The notes beneath the pieces were generated by a model that was given only the letters and a program-made list of their open reading frames with translations, had not been told where the DNA came from and made no database searches. A DNA stretch of 64,000 bases. Source: Candidatus Dormiibacterota bacterium. GTDB taxonomy: Bacteria; Chloroflexota; Dormibacteria; Aeolococcales; Aeolococcaceae. Numbering within the stretch: the stretch's first letter is position 1; every line of letters starts with the position of its first letter. The position numbers were made by a program, and so were the translations under genes. Shown here one piece after another: positions 27,807 through 39,723 of this stretch. The stretch is from positions 1,856,001 to 1,920,000 of the forward strand of contig OY970355.1 in the NCBI GenBank assembly GCA_963718525.1, read 5' to 3'.

Positions 27807-28672
27807 GCGACTTCCTGCGCAACGCGCACTTCTTCCTCCAGAGCCTCAGCTGGCGCGACGGCCTCGACGTGCTCGTGGTGGCGTTCCTGCTGTACCAGCT
27901 CCTCAAGCTGATCAGGGGCACCCAGGCGGTGCAGCTGCTGCTCGGTCTCGCGGTGATCTTCGCGGTGGGCTGGGCGGCGCAGCTGCTGCACCTCCGCCTG
28001 CTCGAGTTCATCTTCAACAACGGCACCCAGGCGATCGTGATCGCCGCGATCGTCCTCTTCCAGCCGGAGCTCCGCCGAGCCCTCGACCAGGTCGGGCGAT
28101 TGGGGACGGTTCGCGCAGTGCTCGGACGCCAGCCGGAGCTGGCGTACGCGCGCACGGTGGACGAGGTGCTCCGCGCGGCGCTGTCGCTCTCGGAGCGCAA
28201 GGTCGGGGCGCTGATCGTCTTCGAGCGCGAGACCGGACTCGAGAACCTCGCGGCGACCGGTGTTGCGGTCAACGGCGACGTCACCGCCGAGATGCTCGCG
28301 ACGATCTTCATCCCCGGGTCGCCGCTGCACGACGGCGCGGTGATCATTCGAGATGGCCGGATCGTGGCGGCCGGGTGCGTCCTGCCGCTCGCGGAGACGC
28401 TGCCGGGCGTGGGTCGCATGGGCACGCGCCACCGCGCGGCGCTCGGCCTGACGATGCAGAGCGACGCCGTGGTGCTCATCGTGAGCGAGGAGACGGGCCT
28501 GATCAGCCTCGCGCATGACGGCAAGATCTACCGTGGTCTGGACCAGGCCACGCTCCACGAGATGCTGGTGACCCTGCTCACCAAGGAGGACGGGTCCGGA
28601 CGCGCTGCGATGCTCCGTCCGCTCGCCAGAGTCCGCCCCCTGCGCACGTTGGGGCGCCGCTCGCACCCGTGA
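27803..28672 (+). CDS. cdaA: Diadenylate cyclase CdaA/DacA
   Basis: 3 TM, FQPELRRAL, HDGA, GTRHRAA. Confidence 0.95.
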   Translation: MSDFLRNAHFFLQSLSWRDGLDVLVVAFLLYQLLKLIRGTQAVQLLLGLAVIFAVGWAAQLLHLRLLEFIFNNGTQAIVIAAIVLFQPELRRALDQVGRLGTVRAVLGRQPELAYARTVDEVLRAALSLSERKVGALIVFERETGLENLAATGVAVNGDVTAEMLATIFIPGSPLHDGAVIIRDGRIVAAGCVLPLAETLPGVGRMGTRHRAALGLTMQSDAVVLIVSEETGLISLAHDGKIYRGLDQATLHEMLVTLLTKEDGSGRAAMLRPLARVRPLRTLGRRSHP

Positions 28673-29643
28673 GGATCCCAGGCTTCATCCGGCGGAACTG
28701 GCAGCTCAAGGTGGGGTGTTTCTTCATCGCGTTCGTCACCTGGGTCGGGGTCGTCTACGCAGGCAATCCCCCGGAGACGCGGGTGGTGTCGGTCACGATT
28801 CCCCAGAGCCCATCGAACATCCCTGCCAGGTACGTGCTGGTGAATCCCATCAACCCCGTCCAGGTGCGCATCGGCGGTAATCAGAACACGCTCGACGCGT
28901 TCAATCCAGCGGTGCTCGACGTGAACGTGGACTGGGCTGCGGTGAACCGCGCGGGCACGTATGCGATCCCCATGTCGATCACGAGCCCCGATCCCAACAT
29001 CGAGCTCATCAGTCCACCGACGTCGCTGCTGGTCGACATCGATACGTTCACATCGAAGTCGGTACCGGTCACCATTCAGATCACCAGTCCGCCGCCGGTG
29101 GGGTATGCGAGCGGTTCGCAGCAGGCGTCCCCGTCAACGGTGGTGGTGGCGGGTCCCTCGCATGAGCTGGTCGGGATCGAAGCGCGCGTGACGGTGAATC
29201 TGGGCGCCCAGAAGGCCAACTTCCAGGCGCCGCTCAGCGTGCTGGTCTACGACTCGGAGGGGCTGCAACTCGACAACGTGAGTGTCGATCACGCGTACGT
29301 CACCGTGGCGATCACGATCACGGCGGACGTGACCAACCGCGTCGTCGCGGTGTTTCCCAAGACGACAGGGAGCCCGTCGCCCGGGCATTACCTGACCGGC
29401 ATCATCGTGTCCCCGCTCACCGTCATCGCGACCGGATCGCAGGATCTGCTCAACACCCTTGATTCCGTGTCGACGATGGCGATTTCGTTGAACGGCGTCT
29501 TCGGCACCTACACGCAGTCGGTCACGCTGGATCCGCCGGCCGGTGTGACCCTGTCCCAGAGCAAGGTGACGGTCACGATCGAGATGGGCTCCGTCCCCGC
29601 GCCGCCGACACCCACGCCGACGCCAACTCCGTCACCCACGTAA
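28669..29643 (+). CDS. cdaR: CdaR/YbbR-domain regulator
   Basis: N-terminal TM plus beta-rich YbbR-like repeats, directly after cdaA. Confidence 0.85.
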   Translation: MRIPGFIRRNWQLKVGCFFIAFVTWVGVVYAGNPPETRVVSVTIPQSPSNIPARYVLVNPINPVQVRIGGNQNTLDAFNPAVLDVNVDWAAVNRAGTYAIPMSITSPDPNIELISPPTSLLVDIDTFTSKSVPVTIQITSPPPVGYASGSQQASPSTVVVAGPSHELVGIEARVTVNLGAQKANFQAPLSVLVYDSEGLQLDNVSVDHAYVTVAITITADVTNRVVAVFPKTTGSPSPGHYLTGIIVSPLTVIATGSQDLLNTLDSVSTMAISLNGVFGTYTQSVTLDPPAGVTLSQSKVTVTIEMGSVPAPPTPTPTPTPSPT

Positions 29644-29677
29644 CCCCTTCCTACGCACCCCGTTCCAGAGAGGTCCC

Positions 29678-31510
<1,833 letters not shown>

Positions 31511-31517
31511 TCGTCGG

Positions 31518-32762
31518 ATGACGATGGTTGTCGGGGTCGATGTGACCGTGGTGGATCGCATCGCGGCCGCTCTGGCGCGCCACCCACGGTTCGCGCAGAA
31601 GATCTATACCGAGGGTGAGCGGCGGTACAGCGCCAGCAAGCCTGAGCGATGGGCGAGCAGGTGGGCGGCGAAGGAGGCGGTGCGCAAGCTCTGCTCGTCG
31701 TCCGGAGAGGCGATGCCCGCGTATCGCGACATCGAGGTCGTCCGGCGCCGTGGCGGGCCGCCTCGCGTTCATATCCGCGGCGAGGCGACGCCGATCGCGC
31801 TCTCGCTCACGCATGACGGAGGTCTCGCCATTGCGGTGGCGGTGGACCGCACCGGCGGCCGGCGCCGCGAGACGCCGGTGCCTCCGGGCGACCTGAAGCT
31901 CGCCGATCGCCCCGACGACGGGCACAAGGGCACCTTCGGCCGCGTCGTGGTGGTGGCTGGGTCGCAGGGATTCACCGGCGCGCCGCGGCTGGCGGCGATG
32001 GGTGCCGCGCGGGGTGGGGCTGGGCTGGTCGAGGTCTGCGTCCCCGAGGCGATCCACTCGATCGTCGCCGCCGGGTGCCTCGAGGTGATGCCGACTCCGC
32101 TCCCCGACGCCGGCACGGGCACCCTCCACCCCGGCGCCGTGCCGGCTGTGCGCGAGCGGCTCGCCGGGGCCGATGCCGTCGTGATCGGGCCAGGGCTCGG
32201 TCGCGCCCAGGAGACGGTCACCGCACTCCTCGAACTCCTCGTGGGGTTGCCGTGTCCCGCGGTCATCGACGCCGACGCCCTCAACATCGTCGCCGCCTCG
32301 GGCTTCGACCTCCGACGGAGTGGCGGCTCCTGCGTCGTGACCCCGCATCCCACCGAGATGGCCCGTCTCGCCGGCACCGACACCGCCGCAGTGCAGGCGG
32401 ATCGGGTTGGCACCGCGGAGCGCTACGCAGAACAGCACGGTGTGGTCGTCGTGCTCAAGGGCGCGGAAACCGTGATTGCGGCGCGCGGCCATCCGGCGCA
32501 CATCGACACGCACCGGATCGTGGCCCTCGCCACCGGCGGGACCGGTGACGTGCTCGCGGGGTTGATCGGATCGATGCTCGCCCAGGGACTATCGCCGCGC
32601 GACGCGGCGGTGGCGGGCGTGACCGTGCACGCTCAGGCCGGTCTGATGGTCCAGGCTCGTCGCGGACGCGCAGGCGCGCTCGCCTCAGACCTGATCGATG
32701 CGCTTCCCGCGGCGCAGGAGCTCCTGCGCCAGGCGCTCGAGGCGGCTACTGCCCGTAGATGA
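31518..32762 (+). CDS. Fusion: holo-ACP synthase (AcpS) + NAD(P)HX dehydratase (NnrD)
   Basis: GVDV...RWAAKEA...SLTHDG then HKGTFG, GPGLG, DADAL, TPHPTE, GGTGDVLAG. Confidence 0.9.
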   Translation: MTMVVGVDVTVVDRIAAALARHPRFAQKIYTEGERRYSASKPERWASRWAAKEAVRKLCSSSGEAMPAYRDIEVVRRRGGPPRVHIRGEATPIALSLTHDGGLAIAVAVDRTGGRRRETPVPPGDLKLADRPDDGHKGTFGRVVVVAGSQGFTGAPRLAAMGAARGGAGLVEVCVPEAIHSIVAAGCLEVMPTPLPDAGTGTLHPGAVPAVRERLAGADAVVIGPGLGRAQETVTALLELLVGLPCPAVIDADALNIVAASGFDLRRSGGSCVVTPHPTEMARLAGTDTAAVQADRVGTAERYAEQHGVVVVLKGAETVIAARGHPAHIDTHRIVALATGGTGDVLAGLIGSMLAQGLSPRDAAVAGVTVHAQAGLMVQARRGRAGALASDLIDALPAAQELLRQALEAATARR

Positions 32763-33840
32763 AGCCTTCGATGCTGCCGTCCGTATCGCTGATCACGCGG
32801 TAGTCGACGCGGTTCCAGCCGGCGAAGTTCATCTCCGAGAGCTTGAAGGATCCCGCCGGGATCCCTGCTGCAGGACCGACCGCCTCGACGTACGCGACGT
32901 GACCCTCCCAGCTCACGCCGTCGACGCCGGGACGGAACACGACGATGGCGCCTGCAATTGGCGTCCTGCCTTCCTTGTAGCCCATCTGCGCCGCCGCGAT
33001 GAGCCAGCTGCTGGCGTTGCCGAGCCACGGGACGCATCGGCGCGTGGCGACGTAGTACGTGCAGAACCCGTACGCGAAGTGGTTGCCGCAGCTTCCCGAG
33101 CCGACGTGGATGGGGGACTCGAGCAGGGCGATCTCATTGTCGATGTTGGCGATCTCCGCGGCGATCTGGCGCGCAGGGCCGTTGAGCCCGGCGAACAGCG
33201 TGTTGCGGCTGGTGAGGATGGTGAGCAGCAGATCACTCTGGGCAGCGAGCTGGCCTTCGAGCGTCTGCGCTTTCGCTGCATCCGAACGGATCGACGCCTG
33301 CTCCGCGAGGATCGCGCGATTGGCCGCGGCGAGCTTCTCGACGAGGTCGAGCACCTGTTGCGACACCTGGTTCGCCGCCTTCAACTCGTCGATCGCCTGG
33401 TTGAACGATTGCGCGCTGAGCACCGCTGCGAGCACCTGGTTGCCGCCACTGGTTTCGTACGTTGCGCGCGTGATCCCGGCAAGCTGGGCCTTGTCCTGAG
33501 ACGCAGTCGCGTTGTTGCTGTTCAACTGGCTGCTCAGTGACAGCAGTAGTGCATTGAGCTTGGTGAGCTGGTTGCGCTCGTTCAACACCCGCGTCTGCTG
33601 CGCGTTGAACATCGCTTCGGCCGAACCGACGGAACCGCCGGCCGCACTCAAGCCCGGCTGCATCGCGGCGAGCTCTGCGATGAGGATCGCGCGCTTCTGC
33701 TGCAGCGCTGCGATCGCAGAGTTCGGCGCCTGCGAACCACTGGAAGGTGATGCCTGAGTGTCTGCGATGGTTCCGATTCCGGTGGCCAGAAGGGTGATGA
33801 CACCTGCGACGGTCAGGGCCACCTTCCGGCTCCACGTCAA
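32746..33840 (-). CDS. Secreted coiled-coil + CHAP domain peptidoglycan hydrolase
   Basis: Signal peptide, coiled coil, GFCTYY, GNA..W, GHVAYVE, SEMN. Confidence 0.9.
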   Translation of the reverse strand: MTWSRKVALTVAGVITLLATGIGTIADTQASPSSGSQAPNSAIAALQQKRAILIAELAAMQPGLSAAGGSVGSAEAMFNAQQTRVLNERNQLTKLNALLLSLSSQLNSNNATASQDKAQLAGITRATYETSGGNQVLAAVLSAQSFNQAIDELKAANQVSQQVLDLVEKLAAANRAILAEQASIRSDAAKAQTLEGQLAAQSDLLLTILTSRNTLFAGLNGPARQIAAEIANIDNEIALLESPIHVGSGSCGNHFAYGFCTYYVATRRCVPWLGNASSWLIAAAQMGYKEGRTPIAGAIVVFRPGVDGVSWEGHVAYVEAVGPAAGIPAGSFKLSEMNFAGWNRVDYRVISDTDGSIEGFIYGQ

Positions 33841-33863
33841 AATAGGCGTCCTCCATGTGATCT

Positions 33864-33969
33864 GCCGCTGGTGCCCGGACGGGCATCGGTCGGTTCCCCG
33901 GGCGCACCTTACCGGCCTTGAGGGTCCGAGTGCAAGCCGGACACCCGGGCGCCACCGTACCCCAGCGAC
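33864..33969 (-). ncRNA. Candidate structured leader RNA upstream of the CHAP gene
   Basis: Nested pairings GTCGCTGG/CCAGCGGC, CCCGGGTGT/GCGCCCGGG, CCGGCTTG/CAAGGCCGG. Confidence 0.35.
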
Positions 33970-34058
33970 CGTCCACGTATATTGCGGTCGTGTGACGTTG
34001 GATCCATACCCGGAGCGCGAGCGAGCGTTCGAACTCGGGGGGCGCGACGCTCGCCGAC

Positions 34059-35036
34059 GTGGGTGAGCGGGCCCTGCTCAGCGCGCTCACCGAGATCGCG
34101 CGGCCGACATCGGTGACCCTCGCCGTGGGCTCCGGCGACGATGCCGCCGTGTGGTCGCCCGAGCCCGGCCGCGACGTTGCGTTGAGCCAGGACGCCCTCG
34201 TCGAGGGCGTCGATTTCCGCCGGTCCTGGATCAGCCCGCGGCGGTTGGGTGCCCGGGCATTGACCGTCGCCCTGTCCGACCTCGCCGGGATGGGAGCCCG
34301 CCCCGTCTGGTGCTCCGCGACGCTCTGTGCCCCCGCGAGCACGTGCTTCGAGGATGTCCTCGAGATCCAGCGCGGGCTCTGCGCTGCTGCAGTGAGCGCG
34401 GGATGCGCGGTCGCCGGGGGTGACGTGAGTGCCATCAGCGGACCGCTGCTCATCGACGTCTCTGTTGGGGGGACGGTGGTGGCGGGGCAGTTGCTCCGGC
34501 GCGATTCGGGTCGTCCCGGCGACGTGGTGGTGGTCAGCGGAACCCTGGGGAGGGCTGCCGCAGGACTGCGACTGCTCCTTGACGGCGGCGACGTGCTGTC
34601 CGAACAGGAGCGGGCCTGGGTCGACGCTCAGCTCTCGCCGGTCGCCCGGATCAATGAGGGCCTGGAACTGGTCGCTTACGGGATCCGCTGTGGCGGCGAC
34701 ATCAGCGACGGGCTGCTGGTCGACCTGGAGCGGATCACCGACCTCTCCGGCTGCGCCGCGGAGATCTGGCTGGACCGGCTCCCGGTCGAGCAGGCGCTGA
34801 TCAGCGATTTCGGCGCCGCCTGGCCCGAGCTGGCGGTCGGCGGTGGCGAGGACTTCGAGCTCGTCGCCACCGTTGCGCACGACCAGGCAGACGCGTTGCT
34901 CGCGTCCTGGCCGGGCTCGCTGGCGCCGCTGACCGTCGTCGGCTGCCTCCGCGAGGGCGCCGGCGTAACCGTCCTCGACCGCGAGGGCGGCGTGGCCGTC
35001 ACGCGGCCGCAGACGAGCTCGCGGCACTTCGCGTGA
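34059..35036 (+). CDS. thiL: Thiamine-monophosphate kinase
   Basis: GDDAA, EGVDF, LSDLAGMG, GGD, DISDGL, GGEDFEL. Confidence 0.95.
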   Translation: MGERALLSALTEIARPTSVTLAVGSGDDAAVWSPEPGRDVALSQDALVEGVDFRRSWISPRRLGARALTVALSDLAGMGARPVWCSATLCAPASTCFEDVLEIQRGLCAAAVSAGCAVAGGDVSAISGPLLIDVSVGGTVVAGQLLRRDSGRPGDVVVVSGTLGRAAAGLRLLLDGGDVLSEQERAWVDAQLSPVARINEGLELVAYGIRCGGDISDGLLVDLERITDLSGCAAEIWLDRLPVEQALISDFGAAWPELAVGGGEDFELVATVAHDQADALLASWPGSLAPLTVVGCLREGAGVTVLDREGGVAVTRPQTSSRHFA

Positions 35037-35509
35037 GCGCCGAGGAAGGGGTGGCGGCTCGATGCGTGACCGAGGCGGACACTCTCGCCCTCGGGGAACG
35101 CGTCGGGACCCGGGTCGAGCCGGGTGACCTCATCCTTCTGAGCGGGCAGCTCGGCGCCGGCAAGACGGTGCTGGTCCGGGGTATCGCGACGGGCATGGGC
35201 ATCGACCCGATGCAGGTGCGTTCGCCGACCTTCGTGCTGCATCACGTCTACCGCGCCGGTGCCAAGGTCCTGAACCACCTCGACCTGTACCGGCTCGGAC
35301 CGGATGCCGACGTCCGCCTGCTGGATGTCGATGAGATGCTTGAGTCCGGTGGTGTGGTGGTCGTGGAGTGGGGCGAGCACGCCGGGCGCGACCTGAACGC
35401 GCAGATCCGCATCCGCATCGATATCGATGACGACGGTTCGCGTGTGATCACGTCGCGCGGCGCGCCCGAACGTCTCGCGTCAGCGTGGAAACAGGCGAGC
35501 CCACGGTGA
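35033..35509 (+). CDS. tsaE: t6A biosynthesis ATPase
   Basis: GQLGAGKT, SPTF, HLDLYRL, VEW. Confidence 0.95.
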   Translation: MSAEEGVAARCVTEADTLALGERVGTRVEPGDLILLSGQLGAGKTVLVRGIATGMGIDPMQVRSPTFVLHHVYRAGAKVLNHLDLYRLGPDADVRLLDVDEMLESGGVVVVEWGEHAGRDLNAQIRIRIDIDDDGSRVITSRGAPERLASAWKQASPR

Positions 35510-36067
35510 CGGTCCTCGCCATCGACACCTCGTCGAGGTCGCGCGTCGTCTGCGTGCTCGCGACGCCCGGCGGCGAGCTGCTCGAACTCGGAGTTGATCC
35601 GCGGCCGGCCGGTTTCGTCATCACTGCCCGATGCGCTCGGGGAGCTGCTCCCCCGCGTGGACGGCGCGGTGGTGGTCGTCACCGGACCGGGCACCTACAC
35701 GGGCGTGCGCGCGGGGATGGCGGCCGCACTCGGCATCGCTCACGCGCGCGCACTGCCACTCCATGGTGTTGGCTCACTGGAGGTGACCGCGTGCGGCGAC
35801 GCCGGCGTGCGCGGTGATGACTGGGTCATCGCCGACGCGGGGCGGGGCGCTCTCTACGTGGCGCGCGCCGGCGCGGCGGCGGACGTCACCCGCATCGGGG
35901 TCGACGGGTTCGACGCCGATGGCGTTCGTGTGTTCAGCAGCGACGACGTGGCCGTCCCCGGTCTGATCCGAGTCGACGGAGCGCGAGCCCTGGCACGCGC
36001 GGTCGTGCTTGCGCTCGCGCGTCCGGCGCTCGAGCGCGCGGGGTTGAGCGCCGGCTACGTGGACTGA
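35506..36067 (+). pseudogene. tsaB: tsaB with +1 frameshift near 35587 (possibly sequencing error)
   Basis: VLAIDTS in one frame, GPGTYTGVR and DAGRG in another; removing one base gives 187 codons. Confidence 0.85.
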
Positions 36068-36076
36068 GCGCCGCCG

Positions 36077-36682
36077 CTACAGCCAGCCGTGCTGTTCGGC
36101 GGTGCGCACGGCCTCGAGGCGATTGCGTGCGCCGGTCTTCTGAATCGCGGAGGAGAGGTAGTTGCGCACTGTGCCCGGGGAGAGAAACATCGTGGTGGCG
36201 ATCGCCGCGATGCTGGCGCCATTCGACGCCGCGTGCAGCACGTCTCGCTCACGTGGGGTGAGCGGATTCGAACCATCGCTGAGCGCCGCCGCCGCGAGCG
36301 CGGTGTCGATGACCCGCTCACCGGTGACGGCGCGACGGATCGAGACCGCGAGCTGATCGGCCGGTCCGTCCTTGACGACGAACCCGGTTGCCCCCGCCTC
36401 CATGGCTTTGCGCAGGTAGCCGGGCCTGCCGAAGGTGGTGAGGATGATGATCGTGCACGCGGGCTGCGCTGCATGGAGCAGCGCCGCGGCGCTGAGCCCG
36501 TCGATGCCCGGCATCTCGATGTCCAGCAGGGCGACGTCCGGATTTGCAGCCTGGGCAGCGGCCACGACCTCGTCGCCGCGAGCGCACTGCGCCACCACGT
36601 CGATGTCCTCCTCGAGCGCGAGCAGCGTGGCGAGCGCGCCGCGGACCATGCCCTGGTCCTCGGCGATGAGCACACGAATCAC
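36077..36682 (-). CDS. NarL/DesR-type response regulator
   Basis: AEDQ, DIEMP, TTFGRPGY, LuxR HTH GTVRNYLS. Confidence 0.95.
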   Translation of the reverse strand: MIRVLIAEDQGMVRGALATLLALEEDIDVVAQCARGDEVVAAAQAANPDVALLDIEMPGIDGLSAAALLHAAQPACTIIILTTFGRPGYLRKAMEAGATGFVVKDGPADQLAVSIRRAVTGERVIDTALAAAALSDGSNPLTPRERDVLHAASNGASIAAIATTMFLSPGTVRNYLSSAIQKTGARNRLEAVRTAEQHGWL

Positions 36683-37830
36683 GCCGCGGCTCGGGGAACG
36701 TACGCCTGCAGGCGGAAACCGCCCGCGTCGCCCGGTCCCGCTTCGAGGCGGCCACCGGCGGCGCCGACGCGCTCGCGGAGCCCGTGCAGACCGGTGCCGC
36801 CCGCACTGGCGACACCGCCGACACCGTCGTCGACGATCGCAACCGTGAATCCGCCGTTGCTCGATTCGAGGGAGATCTCACAGTGGTGCGCGCGGCTGTG
36901 GCGGAGCACGTTGGTGACGCCCTCGCGCACGGTCCACGCGAGCAGGCTGTCCACCGGCGCCGGCGGCACGCTGCTGTCGCGGTTGACGGAGAACGCGATT
37001 CCGGCTGCGTCGAGCACGTCGCGCGCTCCCTGCAGCTCGTCGGCGAGCGAGCGCTGCCGGTAGCCGGTGACCATCGCGCGCACCTCTGCGAGCGAGTCAC
37101 GCGCCACCGACTCGACGTCGCCCATCGCCTCGGCAGCAGCGCCGGGGTCACTGTGCATCAAGCGGCGCGCGACCTGGGCCTTGAGCGCGATCACCGACAG
37201 GCTGTGGCCAAGGATGTCATGAACATCGCGGGAGATGCGGAGCCGCTCGTCGGCGATGGCGAGCCGCGCGACCTCGGCGCGCGCGGTGCGGAGCTCGATG
37301 ACCGTCGCGATGAGGCGGCGAAACGCGAGCATGGTGAACCCGAGCGCGACAGTGAGGAAGGTGATGAAGCCCAGGTCGGCCCAGGCATAGCCGAGCAGCA
37401 CGCCGGACACGACCATGAACACCCCGAGCGCGAGCAGGACGGGGACGAGGTAGCGCCAGCGCAGCGTCCAGCCTGCGGCGACGCCGCAGTACACGAGCAC
37501 GCCCGACCACTGTCCGCGGAAGAGCAGCGCAAGCGTGATCCCCAGGACGAAGAGCGCCACCAGCGGCAAGAGTTGCGCGCCGGTGGCGACGCGCGGCACC
37601 AGGGTGAGGCACGTCCACATCGCGAAGAGATACGTGGCTGCGAATGCCACCAGGCAGATCCACGCGACGATTGCGCGCGCCGGCGAGTATCCGGCGCCGA
37701 GGATGTCACCGATCGGATATCCCAGGAACACGAGCCAGATCGCCGCCCAGCCGAGCCGGGCGGCGGTCGGGATCGGCCACATCAGGTTGTCGGGCGCGCC
37801 CATCTGTCTGGCCCCATGTTTGCCGGGCAT
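36679..37830 (-). CDS. DesK-type sensor histidine kinase
   Basis: 5 TM, ERLRISRDVHDILGHSLS, EGVTNVLRHS, DDGVG. Confidence 0.94.
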   Translation of the reverse strand: MPGKHGARQMGAPDNLMWPIPTAARLGWAAIWLVFLGYPIGDILGAGYSPARAIVAWICLVAFAATYLFAMWTCLTLVPRVATGAQLLPLVALFVLGITLALLFRGQWSGVLVYCGVAAGWTLRWRYLVPVLLALGVFMVVSGVLLGYAWADLGFITFLTVALGFTMLAFRRLIATVIELRTARAEVARLAIADERLRISRDVHDILGHSLSVIALKAQVARRLMHSDPGAAAEAMGDVESVARDSLAEVRAMVTGYRQRSLADELQGARDVLDAAGIAFSVNRDSSVPPAPVDSLLAWTVREGVTNVLRHSRAHHCEISLESSNGGFTVAIVDDGVGGVASAGGTGLHGLRERVGAAGGRLEAGPGDAGGFRLQAYVPRAAA

Positions 37831-37851
37831 GCTCAGGATGCTAGGCCACCT

Positions 37852-38592
37852 TCAGGCGGTGCGCAGGGTGAGACGGCGGGACACCGCCACTGCGACCAGG
37901 GCCGCACCGGCAAACCATGCGAGCAGGATGAACCCGTCACCGAGCGCAGGCGCGACGCCGCGAGCGACGTACCAGCCGAGTTGCGCGAGGTGATACGAGG
38001 GCAGCGTCTTGGCGACGGTCTGCATCGCTGACGGGAGGATCTGGACGGGCATCCAGAGTCCGCCAAGTGCTGCGAGCACGAGGTACAGGACCATGGTGAG
38101 CCCCGTGGCGCCGTCACCGTCGGCGACGCTGCCGACCACGATGCCCATCGCCGCGAAGGGCAGACAGCCCGCCGAGATGAGCAGCGCGAGCACCGGCCAC
38201 TCCCACAGCGGCAGCGTCACGTTCTTGACCAGGGCCGCCGTGATGAACGTGAGCACGATCGCAGGAAGGCTCAGCGTCATCGCGCTGATCAGGCGGACGG
38301 CGAGGATCCGGGCGGGCGACATCGGCGTCAGGCTGAGCTGGCGGAGCCAGCCGATCTGCCGGTCGATGGCAAGGCGCGGTCCGGAAGCCATGAGCACACC
38401 GCCCATCGCACCGAAGGCAGCCATCGCGACCATGATGCCGATCGTCGGCGGCAGCCCTTCAGCCCTGTCGGCCGCTGAGCCGAAGACCGTGGAAAAGAGG
38501 AGGTACGCCGCAACCGGCCATCCGACGACGAGCAGCAGGTAGCGGCGGTCGCGCAGCGAGCGACGGAGTTCGAGTGCAAGGTAGGAGCGCAT
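37852..38592 (-). CDS. ABC-2 permease
   Basis: GWLRQL.LTP, LGGLWMP; about 6 TM. Confidence 0.9.
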   Translation of the reverse strand: MRSYLALELRRSLRDRRYLLLVVGWPVAAYLLFSTVFGSAADRAEGLPPTIGIMVAMAAFGAMGGVLMASGPRLAIDRQIGWLRQLSLTPMSPARILAVRLISAMTLSLPAIVLTFITAALVKNVTLPLWEWPVLALLISAGCLPFAAMGIVVGSVADGDGATGLTMVLYLVLAALGGLWMPVQILPSAMQTVAKTLPSYHLAQLGWYVARGVAPALGDGFILLAWFAGAALVAVAVSRRLTLRTA

Positions 38593-38609
38593 GGCGTGTG
38601 GTTCCTTAT

Positions 38610-39578
38610 TCAGGCGGCGATGCCGTCGGTGATGGTGATGAAGGCGTCTTCGAGGCCGATCCCGGCGACCTCGATGTCATGAGCGTCGGCGCGAGCCGCG
38701 AGCAGGGCGCGAAGTGCGATGTCGGTGTCGCGGCAGCGCAGCTCCACGCGGTTGCCGTGCACGTTCGCTGAGACGACGCCGGGGAGAGCGTCGAGACCTG
38801 CGATGCCCGGCTGCACGATCGAGAAGCGGATCACCCGGAGGCCGACCGAGTCCTTGATCGATGCCGGGGTGCCGTCGGCGACGACGCGACCTCGGGCCAT
38901 CATCACGATGCGATCGGCGGCGACGTCCGCCTCCTCGAGGTAGTGGGTCGAGAAGAGGATGGTCCGGCCGCGCTCGGTGAACCCCTCCATGGCGTGCCAG
39001 AAGCTGCGCCGGGTCTCGACGTCCATCGCCGCCGTGGGCTCGTCGAGGATGAGCATCTTGGGGTCGCCGACGAGCGCCATGGCGAGGCGGAGCCGCTGCG
39101 ACTGGCCGCCGGAGAGGCGGTCGACGCGTCGCTTCTCGAGCCCGCGCAGCTGCGCGATGTCGATTGCCTCATCGAGGGGCAAGGGCGCGGGGTAGAGGCC
39201 GCGCACCATGGCGAGGAGCTCGCCGACCTGGACACCCGGCATCATGCCGCCGTCCTGGAGCATCGCGCCGACGCTGCCGTGCGCTGCCGCGGAACCAGGC
39301 GCCGCGCCGAAGACCTCGATCGTGCCGGCGTCCGGTGCGGAGAGCCCGAGCAGCATCGAGATGGTGGTCGTCTTGCCGGCGCCGTTCGGGCCGAGCAGCG
39401 CCAGTGTCTCGCCGCTTTTGACCGCGAGGCTGATGTTGTCGACCGCGAGGACCGGGCCGAACCGCCGGGTGACTCCGTCGACCCGGACGGCACACGCGCC
39501 GTCGCCGTCGGAGACCAGCAGGCCCGGCGCGCCCGACCGCGGGCCGTCCGCTGTCGAATCGTAGGTGTGATTTCTCAT
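38610..39578 (-). CDS. ABC transporter ATP-binding protein
   Basis: GPNGAGKT, LSGGQ, LDEPT, STHYLEEAD. Confidence 0.94.
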   Translation of the reverse strand: MRNHTYDSTADGPRSGAPGLLVSDGDGACAVRVDGVTRRFGPVLAVDNISLAVKSGETLALLGPNGAGKTTTISMLLGLSAPDAGTIEVFGAAPGSAAAHGSVGAMLQDGGMMPGVQVGELLAMVRGLYPAPLPLDEAIDIAQLRGLEKRRVDRLSGGQSQRLRLAMALVGDPKMLILDEPTAAMDVETRRSFWHAMEGFTERGRTILFSTHYLEEADVAADRIVMMARGRVVADGTPASIKDSVGLRVIRFSIVQPGIAGLDALPGVVSANVHGNRVELRCRDTDIALRALLAARADAHDIEVAGIGLEDAFITITDGIAA

Positions 39579-39638
39579 GTGCCCAGCGTGGGGGCGCGCC
39601 ACCTGTTCGCGGTAGTGAGACGGGTCAGCAACCTCGCA

Positions 39639-39650
39639 TGACATCTGTCA
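39639..39650. promoter_or_regulatory. Palindrome TGACA-TC-TGTCA, putative DesR-type binding site
   Basis: Perfect inverted repeat about 60 nt upstream of the ABC-DesKR operon. Confidence 0.65.
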
Positions 39651-39723
39651 CCCACGCGGCTCCGTGTCCGGAGGCCGCGGTTATGATGCAGAGGCCGACT
39701 CCACCATAGATTTCAGGGCATGC

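Noticed and set aside
29644-29677. glmS ribozyme
   Set aside because: The gap is only 34 nt.
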